Part shown: in pieces, positions 1 through 9,722 of the stretch
Layout: each line of letters starts with the position of its first letter
Position numbering within the stretch: position 1 is the first letter of the stretch
DNA from: Pseudoalteromonas translucida KMM 520
GTDB lineage: Bacteria > Pseudomonadota > Gammaproteobacteria > Enterobacterales > Alteromonadaceae
Direction of reading: 5' to 3'
Assembly: GCF_001465295.1 (NCBI RefSeq)
Contig: NZ_CP011034.1
Span: 210,001-242,000 of the forward strand
Length of the DNA: 32,000 nt
Program-made: the position numbers and the translations under genes
Notes under the pieces: model-generated
The model's database searches: none
What the model saw: the letters and a program-made list of their open reading frames with translations, nothing else
Told to the model about the DNA's origin: nothing

Positions 1-162
1 TTCCACACCAAAATGATGTTAAAAGAGACTGATTTAAATACCTATTTATTCGGCCTTTCTACGGATGATTTGTCAGATGAAGAAGAGGAAGAAATTCGCT
101 CTAAACTGACCCGTGAAATGCAAGAAATATTCTATGGCCGTAACTTGCCAGACCTAGATTAA
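1..162 (+). CDS. 3' end of an unidentified CDS truncated by the window edge
   Basis: Frame 1 is open from nt 1 to TAA at 160-162 (...FGLSTDDLSDEEEEEIRSKLTREMQEIFYGRNLPDLD*). A strong hairpin terminator follows. No family is recognisable from 53 aa. Confidence 0.45.
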   Translation, partial: FHTKMMLKETDLNTYLFGLSTDDLSDEEEEEIRSKLTREMQEIFYGRNLPDLD

Positions 163-181
163 ATAGCAAAATATAGTCAAT

Positions 182-212
182 AAAAATGGCGCTCAATGAG
201 CGCCATTTTTTT
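182..212. terminator. Bidirectional intrinsic terminator between convergent genes
   Basis: Stem atggcgctc / gagcgccat with loop aatg, an A-run on the left and a T-run (208-212) on the right. It lies between a + CDS ending at 162 and a - CDS ending at 256. Confidence 0.7.
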
Positions 213-255
213 GTGTTAAAAAACTATAAAAAGCTTATAGCTAGTATATTTAGTA

Positions 256-1515
256 TTATTTAAGCATGCTGTAAAGCAAAGCCATTACTGCCATTGAGCC
301 AACCGCTAATATAAATAAGGTGCTTAAACGATTACGATGTTTGTGCAATGCCGGTACTTTATACACAGCAATCATGGGCATAATAAATAAAATCATCGCA
401 ATGATAGGGCCAGATAACTGATCCATCATATCGAGTATGCTTGGGTTTTTAACCGCGCAAAACCAAATAGCAAAGAACATTAGTACAGCACCTACCTTAT
501 CGGCAACTTTAGCGCTTATGTTCGATTGCTTAGTCACCAAGCCAGTAAAGCTTTCGCGTGCACCCAAAAAGTGCCCTAAAAATGACGACATAATCGCAAT
601 AAACGCCACCAATGGGCCAAGCGTAGCAATAAACGAATTGTCAGTAATGTTGGCAAGGTACGATAAAACCGACACATTCGCCGCTTTTGCCGCCGCCATT
701 TGCTCGCCAGTTAGTGACAACACACACGAAAACACAAACAGCAATACAAAGGTAATTAACAGCAAGCTGGTACGCTTTAATATCGCCTCAGACTTAGCAA
801 CCGCTTTATTACCATAATGACCGCGTTGTACGTTAACAAAGCTCGAAATAGCCGCTGCGTGGCTAAACGAAAACACAATAATAGGAATCGACAACCACAA
901 TGTTTTACCAAAACTACCCACTGCAGGCAGCGCCATATTCGGCATTTGCCAACTAGGGATTAAATACAAGGATAAAAAAAACAATATGCCCACAAGCGGA
1001 TAAACTAAAATAGCAAAAGCGCGAAGCATCAGCTTTTCGCCGCCCATCATTAAGGCAATCATACCTGCAACCAATACACCAGAAAGCAACACCCGCGATG
1101 GCGACTCCATGCCAAGCTGGTTCACCATAAAGCTGTCTACGGTATTGGTTAAACCGACACCGTAAATAAGTAAAATCGGAAAAATAGATAAAAAGTACAG
1201 CAAAGAGATTAACCGACCCGCGGTCACCCCAAAATGCTCCTCTACTACATCGGTAAAGTCAGCATCTTTATTTTTTGACGACAGCACAAACCGCGCTAAA
1301 CCGCGGTGCGCTAAAAAGGTCATTGGAAAGGCCAAGCACGCCATAATAATTAACGGCCAAAAACCGCCAATACCAATATTAATAGGTAAAAATAAAATAC
1401 CGGCACCAACGGCGGTACCAAATAGGCTTAACGTCCACTGTGTGTCGTGTAAAGTCCAAGAAGACTGTTTTGCTGTAGATGCATTAAAATGCGTAGCATC
1501 TTGAGAAGGGGGCAT
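256..1515 (-). CDS. sdaC: HAAAP-family serine transporter (SdaC/TdcC-like)
   Basis: The 419-aa polytopic membrane ORF aligns along its length with my recollection of E. coli SdaC (e.g. LFGTAVGAGILFLPINIGIGGFWPLIIMACLAFPMTFLAHRGLARFVLSS, SVLSYLAN, GPIIAMILFIMPM). Confidence 0.8.
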   Translation of the reverse strand: MPPSQDATHFNASTAKQSSWTLHDTQWTLSLFGTAVGAGILFLPINIGIGGFWPLIIMACLAFPMTFLAHRGLARFVLSSKNKDADFTDVVEEHFGVTAGRLISLLYFLSIFPILLIYGVGLTNTVDSFMVNQLGMESPSRVLLSGVLVAGMIALMMGGEKLMLRAFAILVYPLVGILFFLSLYLIPSWQMPNMALPAVGSFGKTLWLSIPIIVFSFSHAAAISSFVNVQRGHYGNKAVAKSEAILKRTSLLLITFVLLFVFSCVLSLTGEQMAAAKAANVSVLSYLANITDNSFIATLGPLVAFIAIMSSFLGHFLGARESFTGLVTKQSNISAKVADKVGAVLMFFAIWFCAVKNPSILDMMDQLSGPIIAMILFIMPMIAVYKVPALHKHRNRLSTLFILAVGSMAVMALLYSMLK

Positions 1516-1839
1516 AAGCTCACCAGTTTTTTTTTTAAGAATAATAATGACGGCAAAGCATATAGTTTTTACTTAATGATTTCATTCGATAAACTAGCTT
1601 AATATTCGGTTATTTGTAGCGTACCAGTTACGCCTGTAATTAATTTGCAACAGCGTTATAAAAGTGAGCAGAGAATGGCAGTGGCTTTAGCTCAACGTTA
1701 AAAATAATAAGCAGGAAAGGTGCATTTAAAGGGGGTTTAATAACTACCCCATAAAATTTATGCACTGCAATCTAAGGTATAATTATTGTAAACCTCACTT
1801 TCCACCTAGGTTGTAAAGTGATTAAAAACAGGAGTTTTT

Positions 1840-2346
1840 GTGATATTTGAAACCTTGTCAGTTAAGCATTTAGCTATGTTATTGCAATTTGAATCAGAAA
1901 ATAAAGCTTGGTTTGAATCAATGCTGCCGCCGAGAGAAGATTACTTTTATCGCGATTTAGGCATTAAAATGCATATTTATGATGCCATTATAAACATGCA
2001 ATTAGGCACGCATTATTCGGGTGTGCTTATTGTTAATGAGCAAATTGTTGCGCGCGCAAATTTAAAAGATATAACAGGGCAAACAAATACTGCCGCAGTG
2101 GGTTATCGAGTTGCTAAAAATAGCATAGGTAAAGGCTACGCCAGCTTTTGCCTTAACGAATTAATTAGCATAGCCGCTCAGCATTATGCAGTTAACCAGT
2201 TAGAAGCCTTAGTACTAGATAATAACCCCGCCTCAAAAGCCGTACTATTAAAGTGTGGCTTTAAAGCGCAATCCCATAAAGACAACTACATGACAATAAA
2301 CGGACTCACATTAGGCGTTACACACTTTTCACGTGCGCCAATTTAA
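1840..2346 (+). CDS. GNAT-family N-acetyltransferase (RimJ/RimL-like)
   Basis: 168-aa ORF with a GTG start 5 nt after AGGAG (1830-1834). It has an acetyl-CoA-binding-like motif VAKNSIGKGYAS and a typical GNAT C-terminal half (NPASKAVLLKCGF). Confidence 0.65.
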   Translation: MIFETLSVKHLAMLLQFESENKAWFESMLPPREDYFYRDLGIKMHIYDAIINMQLGTHYSGVLIVNEQIVARANLKDITGQTNTAAVGYRVAKNSIGKGYASFCLNELISIAAQHYAVNQLEALVLDNNPASKAVLLKCGFKAQSHKDNYMTINGLTLGVTHFSRAPI

Positions 2347-2402
2347 GTGTTTTTAGAGGTGGACTTGGAAGATTAAAATATTGTTGTCAACAGCGGTTAT
2401 GC

Positions 2403-2429
2403 GTTGGGTTTCGTTGCACTCAACCCAAC
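2403..2429. repeat. REP-like intergenic palindromic element
   Basis: gttgggtt-tcgttgcactc-aacccaac hairpin followed by ctac. It resembles the ...GTTGGGTT..AACCCAACCTAC intergenic repeats I recall from marine gammaproteobacteria. Only one copy is in this window, so repeat status is not demonstrable here. Confidence 0.35.
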
Positions 2430-2488
2430 CTACGGTGTTTAAATTGTCATTGAGCTGCTAGTAGCTTAAGCCCGCAGCTCGTTGCACT

Positions 2489-3259
2489 TTACTCTTCAAT
2501 AGCTGAGACAATAAAATACGGGTTTAAGTATTCATCTTTAGTGTTATAAATTAGCGGGCTGCCATCAAGTTTAGTCACTTTAGCGCCGGCGATTGCGGCA
2601 ATGGCATGGCCTGCGCCTGTATCCCACTCACAGGTTGGGCCTAAGCGCGGGTAAATATCGGCGCTGCCTTCGGCCACTAAACATAGTTTTAGTGAGCTGC
2701 CTTTTGAAACCATTTCAACATCGGCAAAGCGTTTTACAAATTCGGCTAAATCAGGTGAGGGGTGTGAGCGGCTGCCAACGACGCGTATTAGCCCTGTGTT
2801 TGGTTTGGTAGTTACTTTTAGTTCTATTCGCTCATCGCCTTTGTCTTTAAATGCGCCTATGGCTTCGCTTGCTAAGTAAGATACGCCAAGGGCAGGGGCG
2901 TCTACTACGGCTAAAACCGGAATGCCATTTTCGATAAGTGCGATATTTACGGTGAACTCACCATTTTTTTTAATAAACTCTTTAGTGCCATCGATAGGAT
3001 CTACTAGCCAGTAACGTTTCCATGCTTTGCGAACTTCCCAGCTTATATCGGCGTTTTCTTCACTTAATATAGGAATGTCGGGAGTGAGCTGCTGTAGCCC
3101 TGCAACAATGATTTTATGAGCTGCTAAGTCGGCGTCGGTTACTGGGCTTTCATCGGCTTTGTATTCAACGTTAAAGTCCTTTTGATAAATTCCCATTATG
3201 GCGCTACCCGCTTTGCGGGCAAGGATCAGGGTTTCTTCTAGCAGTTCGGTTTGGTTCAT
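2489..3259 (-). CDS. cysQ: 3'(2'),5'-bisphosphate nucleotidase CysQ
   Basis: 256-aa ORF with inositol-monophosphatase-family motifs WLVDPIDGTKEF and EWDTGAGH. It starts 10 nt downstream of cysC on the same strand. Confidence 0.85.
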   Translation of the reverse strand: MNQTELLEETLILARKAGSAIMGIYQKDFNVEYKADESPVTDADLAAHKIIVAGLQQLTPDIPILSEENADISWEVRKAWKRYWLVDPIDGTKEFIKKNGEFTVNIALIENGIPVLAVVDAPALGVSYLASEAIGAFKDKGDERIELKVTTKPNTGLIRVVGSRSHPSPDLAEFVKRFADVEMVSKGSSLKLCLVAEGSADIYPRLGPTCEWDTGAGHAIAAIAGAKVTKLDGSPLIYNTKDEYLNPYFIVSAIEE

Positions 3260-3269
3260 TGGGGTTAAC

Positions 3270-3863
3270 CTATATTATGTGCTGTTGTTTTAGATACGTT
3301 ATCAGCTGAACAACCGATTGGTCTAGGGTGTTTTTACTGGTATCTAAAATTATTTCTGGATTGATGGGAATTTCGTAGCTGGAATCGATGCCGGTAAAGT
3401 GTTTAATTTCGCCTGCGCGGGCTTTTTTGTATAAGCCTTTAGGATCGCGGCTTTCGCACACATCGAGTGGGGTATCGATAAATACTTCGATAAATTCACC
3501 TTCATCTACTAGGCTGCGCACCATGTCGCGCTCTGCTCGAAAAGGCGATATAAACGCAGTAAGTACTAACAAGCCAGCGTCGGTCATTAGCTTTGCGGTT
3601 TCGCCTACGCGGCGAATGTTTTCAACTCGGTCTGCGTCGCTAAAACCTAGGTCTTTACATAAACCGTGGCGTACGTTGTCGCCATCGAGCAGGTAAGTAT
3701 GAATACCTTGTTGATTAAGTGCGGCTTCTAGCGCGTTTGCTACAGTGCTTTTACCTGAACCCGAAAATCCGGTAAACCATATAATAGCGGGTTGATGTTT
3801 TTTTTGCTCACTACGTTGTGCTTTGGTGGTTGCGTAGTTATGCCAAACTATATTTTCATCCAT
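3270..3863 (-). CDS. cysC: Adenylylsulfate (APS) kinase CysC
   Basis: 197-aa ORF with P-loop [19 protein letters not shown] and FISPF motifs typical of APS kinase. Confidence 0.92.
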   Translation of the reverse strand: MDENIVWHNYATTKAQRSEQKKHQPAIIWFTGFSGSGKSTVANALEAALNQQGIHTYLLDGDNVRHGLCKDLGFSDADRVENIRRVGETAKLMTDAGLLVLTAFISPFRAERDMVRSLVDEGEFIEVFIDTPLDVCESRDPKGLYKKARAGEIKHFTGIDSSYEIPINPEIILDTSKNTLDQSVVQLITYLKQQHII

Positions 3864-3897
3864 AGTGAGTTATCTCTTTATGCTGTGAGTGCCGGTA

Positions 3898-5622
3898 TTA
3901 AAACGGAAATACTAGCGGGATCAAGGTTAATACTGTTATTGAATAAATAATAGAAAGGGGCAAGCCCATCACTACATAATCTTTTAAACGATAGTTACCC
4001 GCGCTGTAAACCATAAGGTTAGTTTGATAACCAAACGGCGATATAAAACTTGCTGATGCGCCAAACGCAACCGCCATAATAAATGGCAGTGGGTCTACAT
4101 TAAAGCCAACGGCAAGTGAATAGGCAACCGGAAACGACAAGGCTGCAGCGGCGTTATTGGTTATTAGTTCGGTAAATAATACCGTCATTAAAAATATTGC
4201 GATAAAAGCGCTATATGGGCCAAAGTCGCCAAGTACTACAAACATAGCCGCCGATATTTGCCCAGCAAGGCCCGTGCCTATCATTAGTTTTGCTAAGCCT
4301 ATGGCGCTGCCAACTACGGCGAGTAACTCAATAGGAAAGCGACGCTTTACTTCGCTAAGCTTAATAGTACCGCAAAGCATTAAGCCAATCAGTAATACTA
4401 ATAAGCCTTTAACTAATGGCACTAAGCCAATAATACTTAAGCCCAGTACAGCGGCAAAGCTTAGCAGCACAATGTTTGACTGTTTAGGGGCGAGGTGGGT
4501 TTGTAAATCAAACCCCGATATATACACAAACTCACGCTTTAAATTAGGCAAACTGTAAAAGCTTTTACCCGGGGCGAGTATTAGTGAGTCGCCTGCTTGT
4601 AAACGCACTTGCCCTAAACCACCTTGCAGGCGATCGTGGCCGCGGCGAATAGCAATAACCGCCGCATGAAACTGCTCTCTAAAGCGGGCTTCTTTTACGG
4701 TTTTACCAATAAATTTTGAAGACTGACTTACAACAACCTCTACTAAGTGTTCTATGTCTTTTTGATGATTGTCGTGCACTACTTTTAAACCATCGAAACG
4801 CGTAAGTAAGGGGACTGATTTTATATCGCCCACAAAAAGTAATATGTCGTTTTGTTTAATTATTTGCTGTGGCGTGACCGCACAAATGCGTTGGTTATCG
4901 CGAATTATTTCGCCTAAAAATAAGTCTTTAAGTTCACGTAGGCCATTTTCTTCTACGGTGCGACCAATTAGCTTTGAACCGGCTTGTACTTTACCTTCAA
5001 GATAAAAAGGCACGACTTCTTGGTCGCTTTTACCGTTGTCGGGTAAGTATTTTAACATGACTAAAATAGTGATTAAGCCCACACTTAATGCGCCTAAGCC
5101 CACTAAGGTAAAGTCAAAAAAGCCCAGTGGCGCCATGCCCGCATCTACGGCAAAACCATTTACGATTAAGTTGGTAGATGTGCCAATAAGGGTAATAGTG
5201 CCGCCTAAAATAGCAGTGTACGATAGTGGTAATAGTAACTTTGAGGGCGAGTGATTGGGATTGTCTTTTATCGCGGTAATTAAGGAAGCAACCACGGCGG
5301 TGTTATTGGTAAACGAGGATAAAAATGCGGTCGAAAGCCCCAATTTAGTCACTGATTTAACTAAACTACCGCTCGATAGCGATTGCGCTAATTTTTGAAT
5401 AAGGGTGGTTTTTTCAATCGCAATTGACACTAATATTAATAACACCAAAGTAATTAGCGACGGGTTAGTATAATTAACTAACATGCTTTCTAAATCTATT
5501 AGCCCTGCTAAGTAGCTGCTACCAATGGCTCCCACAAATAGCCATGCTGGATTAAGCCGAGTGCCAAAAAGGCACCCGACTAAAGTAAGCATAATGCCTG
5601 TTAAAATGAGCTGATCTACCAT
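3898..5622 (-). CDS. SLC13/DASS-type permease with two central TrkA-C (RCK-C) domains; putative sulfate or anion transporter
   Basis: 574-aa ORF with hydrophobic N- and C-terminal halves. These flank two soluble repeats (LIGRTVEENGLRELKDLFLGEIIRDN...; FIGKTVKEARFREQFHAAVIAIRRGH...) that look like TrkA-C domains. It sits between cysN and cysC. Confidence 0.7.
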   Translation of the reverse strand: MVDQLILTGIMLTLVGCLFGTRLNPAWLFVGAIGSSYLAGLIDLESMLVNYTNPSLITLVLLILVSIAIEKTTLIQKLAQSLSSGSLVKSVTKLGLSTAFLSSFTNNTAVVASLITAIKDNPNHSPSKLLLPLSYTAILGGTITLIGTSTNLIVNGFAVDAGMAPLGFFDFTLVGLGALSVGLITILVMLKYLPDNGKSDQEVVPFYLEGKVQAGSKLIGRTVEENGLRELKDLFLGEIIRDNQRICAVTPQQIIKQNDILLFVGDIKSVPLLTRFDGLKVVHDNHQKDIEHLVEVVVSQSSKFIGKTVKEARFREQFHAAVIAIRRGHDRLQGGLGQVRLQAGDSLILAPGKSFYSLPNLKREFVYISGFDLQTHLAPKQSNIVLLSFAAVLGLSIIGLVPLVKGLLVLLIGLMLCGTIKLSEVKRRFPIELLAVVGSAIGLAKLMIGTGLAGQISAAMFVVLGDFGPYSAFIAIFLMTVLFTELITNNAAAALSFPVAYSLAVGFNVDPLPFIMAVAFGASASFISPFGYQTNLMVYSAGNYRLKDYVVMGLPLSIIYSITVLTLIPLVFPF

Positions 5623-5654
5623 GCTTTATATCCTATAACAGGCTCAAAAAAGTA

Positions 5655-7079
5655 TTATAACTTTGATATATCAAGCGCTTGCCAATGTGGAAAGTGCTTG
5701 CGTACTAAGGTGTTAAATTCAACTTCAAAAGCACTAAAGTTACTTTGCTGCGCTTGGCTTTGCAGTACTTGCTCTATCATACCGGCTGCAATAGTTAAGT
5801 TAGATAAGCGATCGATAAGTATAAACGAGCCAGTTTCGTGATTACTGTGATACTCATCGGCCAAAATAGTTTCGCTAAGTTCTAGCGTTACAATGGCGAT
5901 TTCGTTTAACTGTAGAGTGTCGCTGCTACCATGCTCTAGGGTATTTACATCGATAGTGTGATCAATCTTAGTAACTTGAGCAGAGGTGTTTTTGCTACCA
6001 AGTTTAAAATTATAGCTTTTACCTAGCTGCAGCGGCGTTTCGTGCATCCACACTAATTTAGCTTGTAGCTGGTTGGTGACTATTGCCGTAGAACTTGCAG
6101 GTACAATGACATCGCCTCGGCTAATATCAATTTCGCTATTTAGCGTAACGGTAATTGCTTGGCCAGCTTGTGCACTGTCTAGGTTGCCATCAAAGGTAAC
6201 AATTTCTTTAATACTAGAGGTTTTGCCCGATGGAAGTACTTTTATTGCATCACCCACTTGTAACTTGCCAGAGGCTAGTGTGCCCTGAAAACCGCGAAAG
6301 TTTAAGTTAGGGCGCGCCACATACTGCACCGGTAAACGTGCTTCAAAGTCAGTGTCGATTTGCGCTGCTGGCGAGTCTTCTAATAACTCTAGCAATGGTT
6401 TGTCGGTGTAGTAAGGCGTATGTACAGAGCGAGTAACTACGTTATCGCCTTTAAGCGCCGACATAGGTACAAATTTAATGTTACTTACATTAAGTTGCTC
6501 GGCAAATTTTAAGTAGTCGGCTTTAATTTTTTCATAAACAGTTTCGTCAAAATCAACGATATCCATTTTATTAATAGCCACAACAAATTGCTTAATACCA
6601 AGCGAGTCACAAATAAAGCTGTGGCGCTTAGTTTGTACTTGCACGCCGTAACGCGCATCCACCAAAATAATGGCCACATCGCTGGTTGATGCACCCGTTA
6701 CCATGTTACGCGTGTATTGCTCGTGCCCTGGGGTGTCGGCAATAATAAACTTGCGCTTAGCGGTTGAAAAGTAACGATACGCTACGTCAATGGTTATGCC
6801 TTGCTCGCGCTCAGCTTGTAGGCCATCTACAAGCAATGCTAAATCAAGGTCATCGCCTGCGTTACCTACTTTTTCGTTATCTTTATGCAGCGCTGCTAGC
6901 TGATCTTCATAAATTTGGTGGCTGTCGTGCAGTAGGCGGCCAATGAGTGTTGATTTACCGTCATCTACGCTGCCACACGTAAGCATACGCAATAAGCTTT
7001 TGTCTTGCTGGCGTGCTAGGTAGGCGTCTATGCCTATTTCTTTTACTTCGTTAAATGTGTCGTTATTTTGATTAGCCAT
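5655..7079 (-). CDS. cysN: Sulfate adenylyltransferase subunit 1 (GTPase) CysN
   Basis: 474-aa ORF with GTPase motifs GSVDDGKST, DTPGH and NKMD. Its ATG overlaps the cysD stop by 1 nt (TAATG). Confidence 0.93.
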   Translation of the reverse strand: MANQNNDTFNEVKEIGIDAYLARQQDKSLLRMLTCGSVDDGKSTLIGRLLHDSHQIYEDQLAALHKDNEKVGNAGDDLDLALLVDGLQAEREQGITIDVAYRYFSTAKRKFIIADTPGHEQYTRNMVTGASTSDVAIILVDARYGVQVQTKRHSFICDSLGIKQFVVAINKMDIVDFDETVYEKIKADYLKFAEQLNVSNIKFVPMSALKGDNVVTRSVHTPYYTDKPLLELLEDSPAAQIDTDFEARLPVQYVARPNLNFRGFQGTLASGKLQVGDAIKVLPSGKTSSIKEIVTFDGNLDSAQAGQAITVTLNSEIDISRGDVIVPASSTAIVTNQLQAKLVWMHETPLQLGKSYNFKLGSKNTSAQVTKIDHTIDVNTLEHGSSDTLQLNEIAIVTLELSETILADEYHSNHETGSFILIDRLSNLTIAAGMIEQVLQSQAQQSNFSAFEVEFNTLVRKHFPHWQALDISKL

Positions 7080-7978
7080 TAGAAATACCCTTCACGTTTT
7101 TTCTTTTCCATTGAGCCTGCCGAGTCATGGTCAATAACCCGACCTTCACGTTCAGATGACGTAGATAGCAGCATTTCTTCAATAATTTCGGTTAATGAGC
7201 TGGCCGTTGATTCCACTGCACCGGTAAGTGGGTAGCAGCCTAAAGTACGAAAACGTACCGACTTCATCATTGGCACTTCACCCTCGAAAAGTGGCATACG
7301 CTCATCGTCAACCATAATTAGGGTGCCGTCGCGATCAACCACTGGGCGCTCTTTGGCTAAATACAAAGGCACCATGTCGATGTTTTCTTGATAAATATAT
7401 TGCCAAATATCCAACTCGGTCCAGTTAGACAGTGGGAATACACGAATACTTTCACCTGGATTTACTTGGCTGTTGTACGTATTCCAAAGCTCTGGGCGTT
7501 GGTTTTTAGGATCCCAGCGGTGGTGCTTATCGCGAAATGAATAAACACGTTCTTTAGCGCGTGACTTTTCTTCGTCGCGGCGTGCGCCACCAAAGGCGGC
7601 ATCAAAGCCATATTTGTCGAGTGCTTGTTTTAAACCTTGCGTTTTCATTATATCGGTATGCTTACCAGAGCCATGTTCAAACGGGCTAATACCAATTTCC
7701 ATACCTTCTGGGTTTTTATGCACTAGTAGCTCAAAGCCGTATTCTTTAGCAATACGGTCACGAAATTCAATCATTTCGCTAAACTTCCAATTAGTGTCTA
7801 CGTGTAATAACGGAAACGGAATTTTTGCAGGGTAAAATGCTTTACGCGCTAAGTGCAAAAGTACCGACGAATCTTTACCAATTGAGTAAAGCATTACTGG
7901 GTTCTCAAACTCAGCGGCGACTTCGCGCATGATTTTGATACTTTCAGCTTCAAGCTGCTGAAGGTGAGTTAAAGCCAT
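7079..7978 (-). CDS. cysD: Sulfate adenylyltransferase subunit 2 CysD
   Basis: The 299-aa ORF is near-colinear with E. coli CysD as I recall it ([22 protein letters not shown]..., YSIGKDSSV, ...[12 protein letters not shown]). Confidence 0.95.
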   Translation of the reverse strand: MALTHLQQLEAESIKIMREVAAEFENPVMLYSIGKDSSVLLHLARKAFYPAKIPFPLLHVDTNWKFSEMIEFRDRIAKEYGFELLVHKNPEGMEIGISPFEHGSGKHTDIMKTQGLKQALDKYGFDAAFGGARRDEEKSRAKERVYSFRDKHHRWDPKNQRPELWNTYNSQVNPGESIRVFPLSNWTELDIWQYIYQENIDMVPLYLAKERPVVDRDGTLIMVDDERMPLFEGEVPMMKSVRFRTLGCYPLTGAVESTASSLTEIIEEMLLSTSSEREGRVIDHDSAGSMEKKKREGYF

Positions 7979-8033
7979 TGTTAGTCGTCCTACTAAAATA
8001 ATTAAAAGTTAAAATCTAATATATGTATAAAGC

Positions 8034-9464
8034 TTATGCCACATCGGTAAGTGGTTGCGCAAAACTGCTAGTTTGCGCTTTGGCACCAAACCAATGTAAC
8101 TCTTGGTGCAAGGATGCTACTTCGCCAATAATAAGCAGCGCAGGAGAAACCACACTGTTACGCGTAATTAAATCGGCAAGCTCGCCCAATTTCCCAGTAA
8201 TTACGCGTTGATTTTTACGGGTGCCGTTTTCAATAATGGCAACGGGTGTATTAGCGCTGCGGCCATGTTTTAAAAGCTCAGCTTGTATATGTGGCGACTT
8301 TATCACGCCCATATAAATAGCTAAGGTTTGATTTGGTTTAGCCAGCGATTGCCAATCGAGTTCTTGACCGTCTTTTTTACAATGCCCGGTTACAAACTGA
8401 ATCGCTTGTGCGTGGTCACGATGGGTAAGCGGAATACCCGCATAGGCACTGCATCCGGCGGCGGCAGTTATACCAGGTACAATTTGATAATTTACCTTGT
8501 TAGCTGCCAGTACTTGTACTTCTTCACCACCACGGCCATAAATAAACGGATCGCCACCTTTAATACGGCATACTTTTTTACCTTGCTTGGCTAAATCGAC
8601 CAGCATTTGGTTTGTGTCTTGCTGTGCTACGCTGTGATCGCCTAAACGCTTGCCTACACAAATAAGGTCGGCATCGCGGCGCACTAGTTCCATAATTTCG
8701 TCAGATACTAAATAGTCATAAACCACTACATCGGCTTGTTGCATAAGTTGCAGTGCCTTAAGTGTCAGTAATTCAGGATCGCCAGGGCCTGCACCTACTA
8801 CATAAACCTCGCCTCCGGGCTCGGCTTTAGCATTTAGCATTTGCTCTAACTGTTGCTCTGCGGCTTGGGTGTCGCCGGTTTGTACTTTACTAACAACAGA
8901 TGAGTCGAATACGCCTTCCCAAAACTGGCGACGATCGGCAAAGTGCTTAAAGCGTTGCTTTACTTTGCTTCTAAAGCCACCTACAAGCGTTGCCAGCGGG
9001 CCAATATGTTGTGGTATTAGGGTTTCTAGTTTTTCGCGTAGGCGGCGCGCTAATACCGGTGCAGTGCCTGCGCTTGAAATAGCAATAGTGATAGGGTTGC
9101 GATCGACAATCGATGGAAATATAAAGGTGCACTTAGGCTGATCGTCAACTACATTAACAAAAATGTTATTCGCATCAGCCAGTTCAAACACTTGGCTATT
9201 TACATGCTCTAAATCTGTAGCAGCAATTACCAGCATCATATTTTTTAAATGTTGCGCGTTAAAGTAGTCGTGTATAAGCGTTACTTTATTGTCGCTAGCA
9301 AGCTCAATGAGCTGTTGGCAAAATTGGGGAGCGACTAAAGTAATACTGGCACGCGCTTTTAAAAGCGCGCTGCATTTGCGCAACGCAACATCTCCACCGC
9401 CAACAACCAATACAGGTTTGTTGTCGAGTTTGGTAAAGATAGGTAAATACTGCACGTTAATCAC
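8034..9464 (-). CDS. cysG: Siroheme synthase CysG (precorrin-2 dehydrogenase/ferrochelatase plus uroporphyrinogen-III C-methyltransferase)
   Basis: 476-aa ORF. The N-terminal half has the NAD-binding motif VVGGGDVALRK. The C-terminal half has the SUMT motifs VGAGPGDPELLTLKA and GGDPFIYGRGGEE. Confidence 0.9.
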   Translation of the reverse strand: MINVQYLPIFTKLDNKPVLVVGGGDVALRKCSALLKARASITLVAPQFCQQLIELASDNKVTLIHDYFNAQHLKNMMLVIAATDLEHVNSQVFELADANNIFVNVVDDQPKCTFIFPSIVDRNPITIAISSAGTAPVLARRLREKLETLIPQHIGPLATLVGGFRSKVKQRFKHFADRRQFWEGVFDSSVVSKVQTGDTQAAEQQLEQMLNAKAEPGGEVYVVGAGPGDPELLTLKALQLMQQADVVVYDYLVSDEIMELVRRDADLICVGKRLGDHSVAQQDTNQMLVDLAKQGKKVCRIKGGDPFIYGRGGEEVQVLAANKVNYQIVPGITAAAGCSAYAGIPLTHRDHAQAIQFVTGHCKKDGQELDWQSLAKPNQTLAIYMGVIKSPHIQAELLKHGRSANTPVAIIENGTRKNQRVITGKLGELADLITRNSVVSPALLIIGEVASLHQELHWFGAKAQTSSFAQPLTDVA

Positions 9465-9535
9465 ACCCCTAAAATAAATGGCTCGTTTAGCCTAATAGCC
9501 ACAATATAGCGCCACATACTAAGTAAAAAATAATT

Positions 9536-9578
9536 AAAACCCACTCGTTATAACTAAAAGTTATAACGAGTGGGTTTT
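9536..9578. repeat. 43-nt perfect palindrome (19-20 bp stem) in the divergent cysG/deoC spacer; terminator-shaped or operator-like
   Basis: aaaacccactcgttataac-taaaa-gttataacgagtgggtttt. The arms are exact reverse complements, with an A-run on the left and a T-run on the right. It contains two copies of the self-complementary octamer GTTATAAC. Confidence 0.6.
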
Positions 9579-9722
9579 TAAGGCCGAAATCTTAATTAGT
9601 AAGGCTTTGCGGTCGGTTGCATGTAAAACTAAGGGCTTAGAGTGTTTGGTTATGAGCTATAGCAAGTTTAGGTTACTATAATTATAGGTATTAAATCACG
9701 GTATAAATATGATGAGGTTACT

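Noticed and set aside
437-817. 126-aa plus-strand ORF inside the sdaC-like gene
   Set aside because: It is antisense to a full-length, well-matching transporter gene and shows no independent signals.
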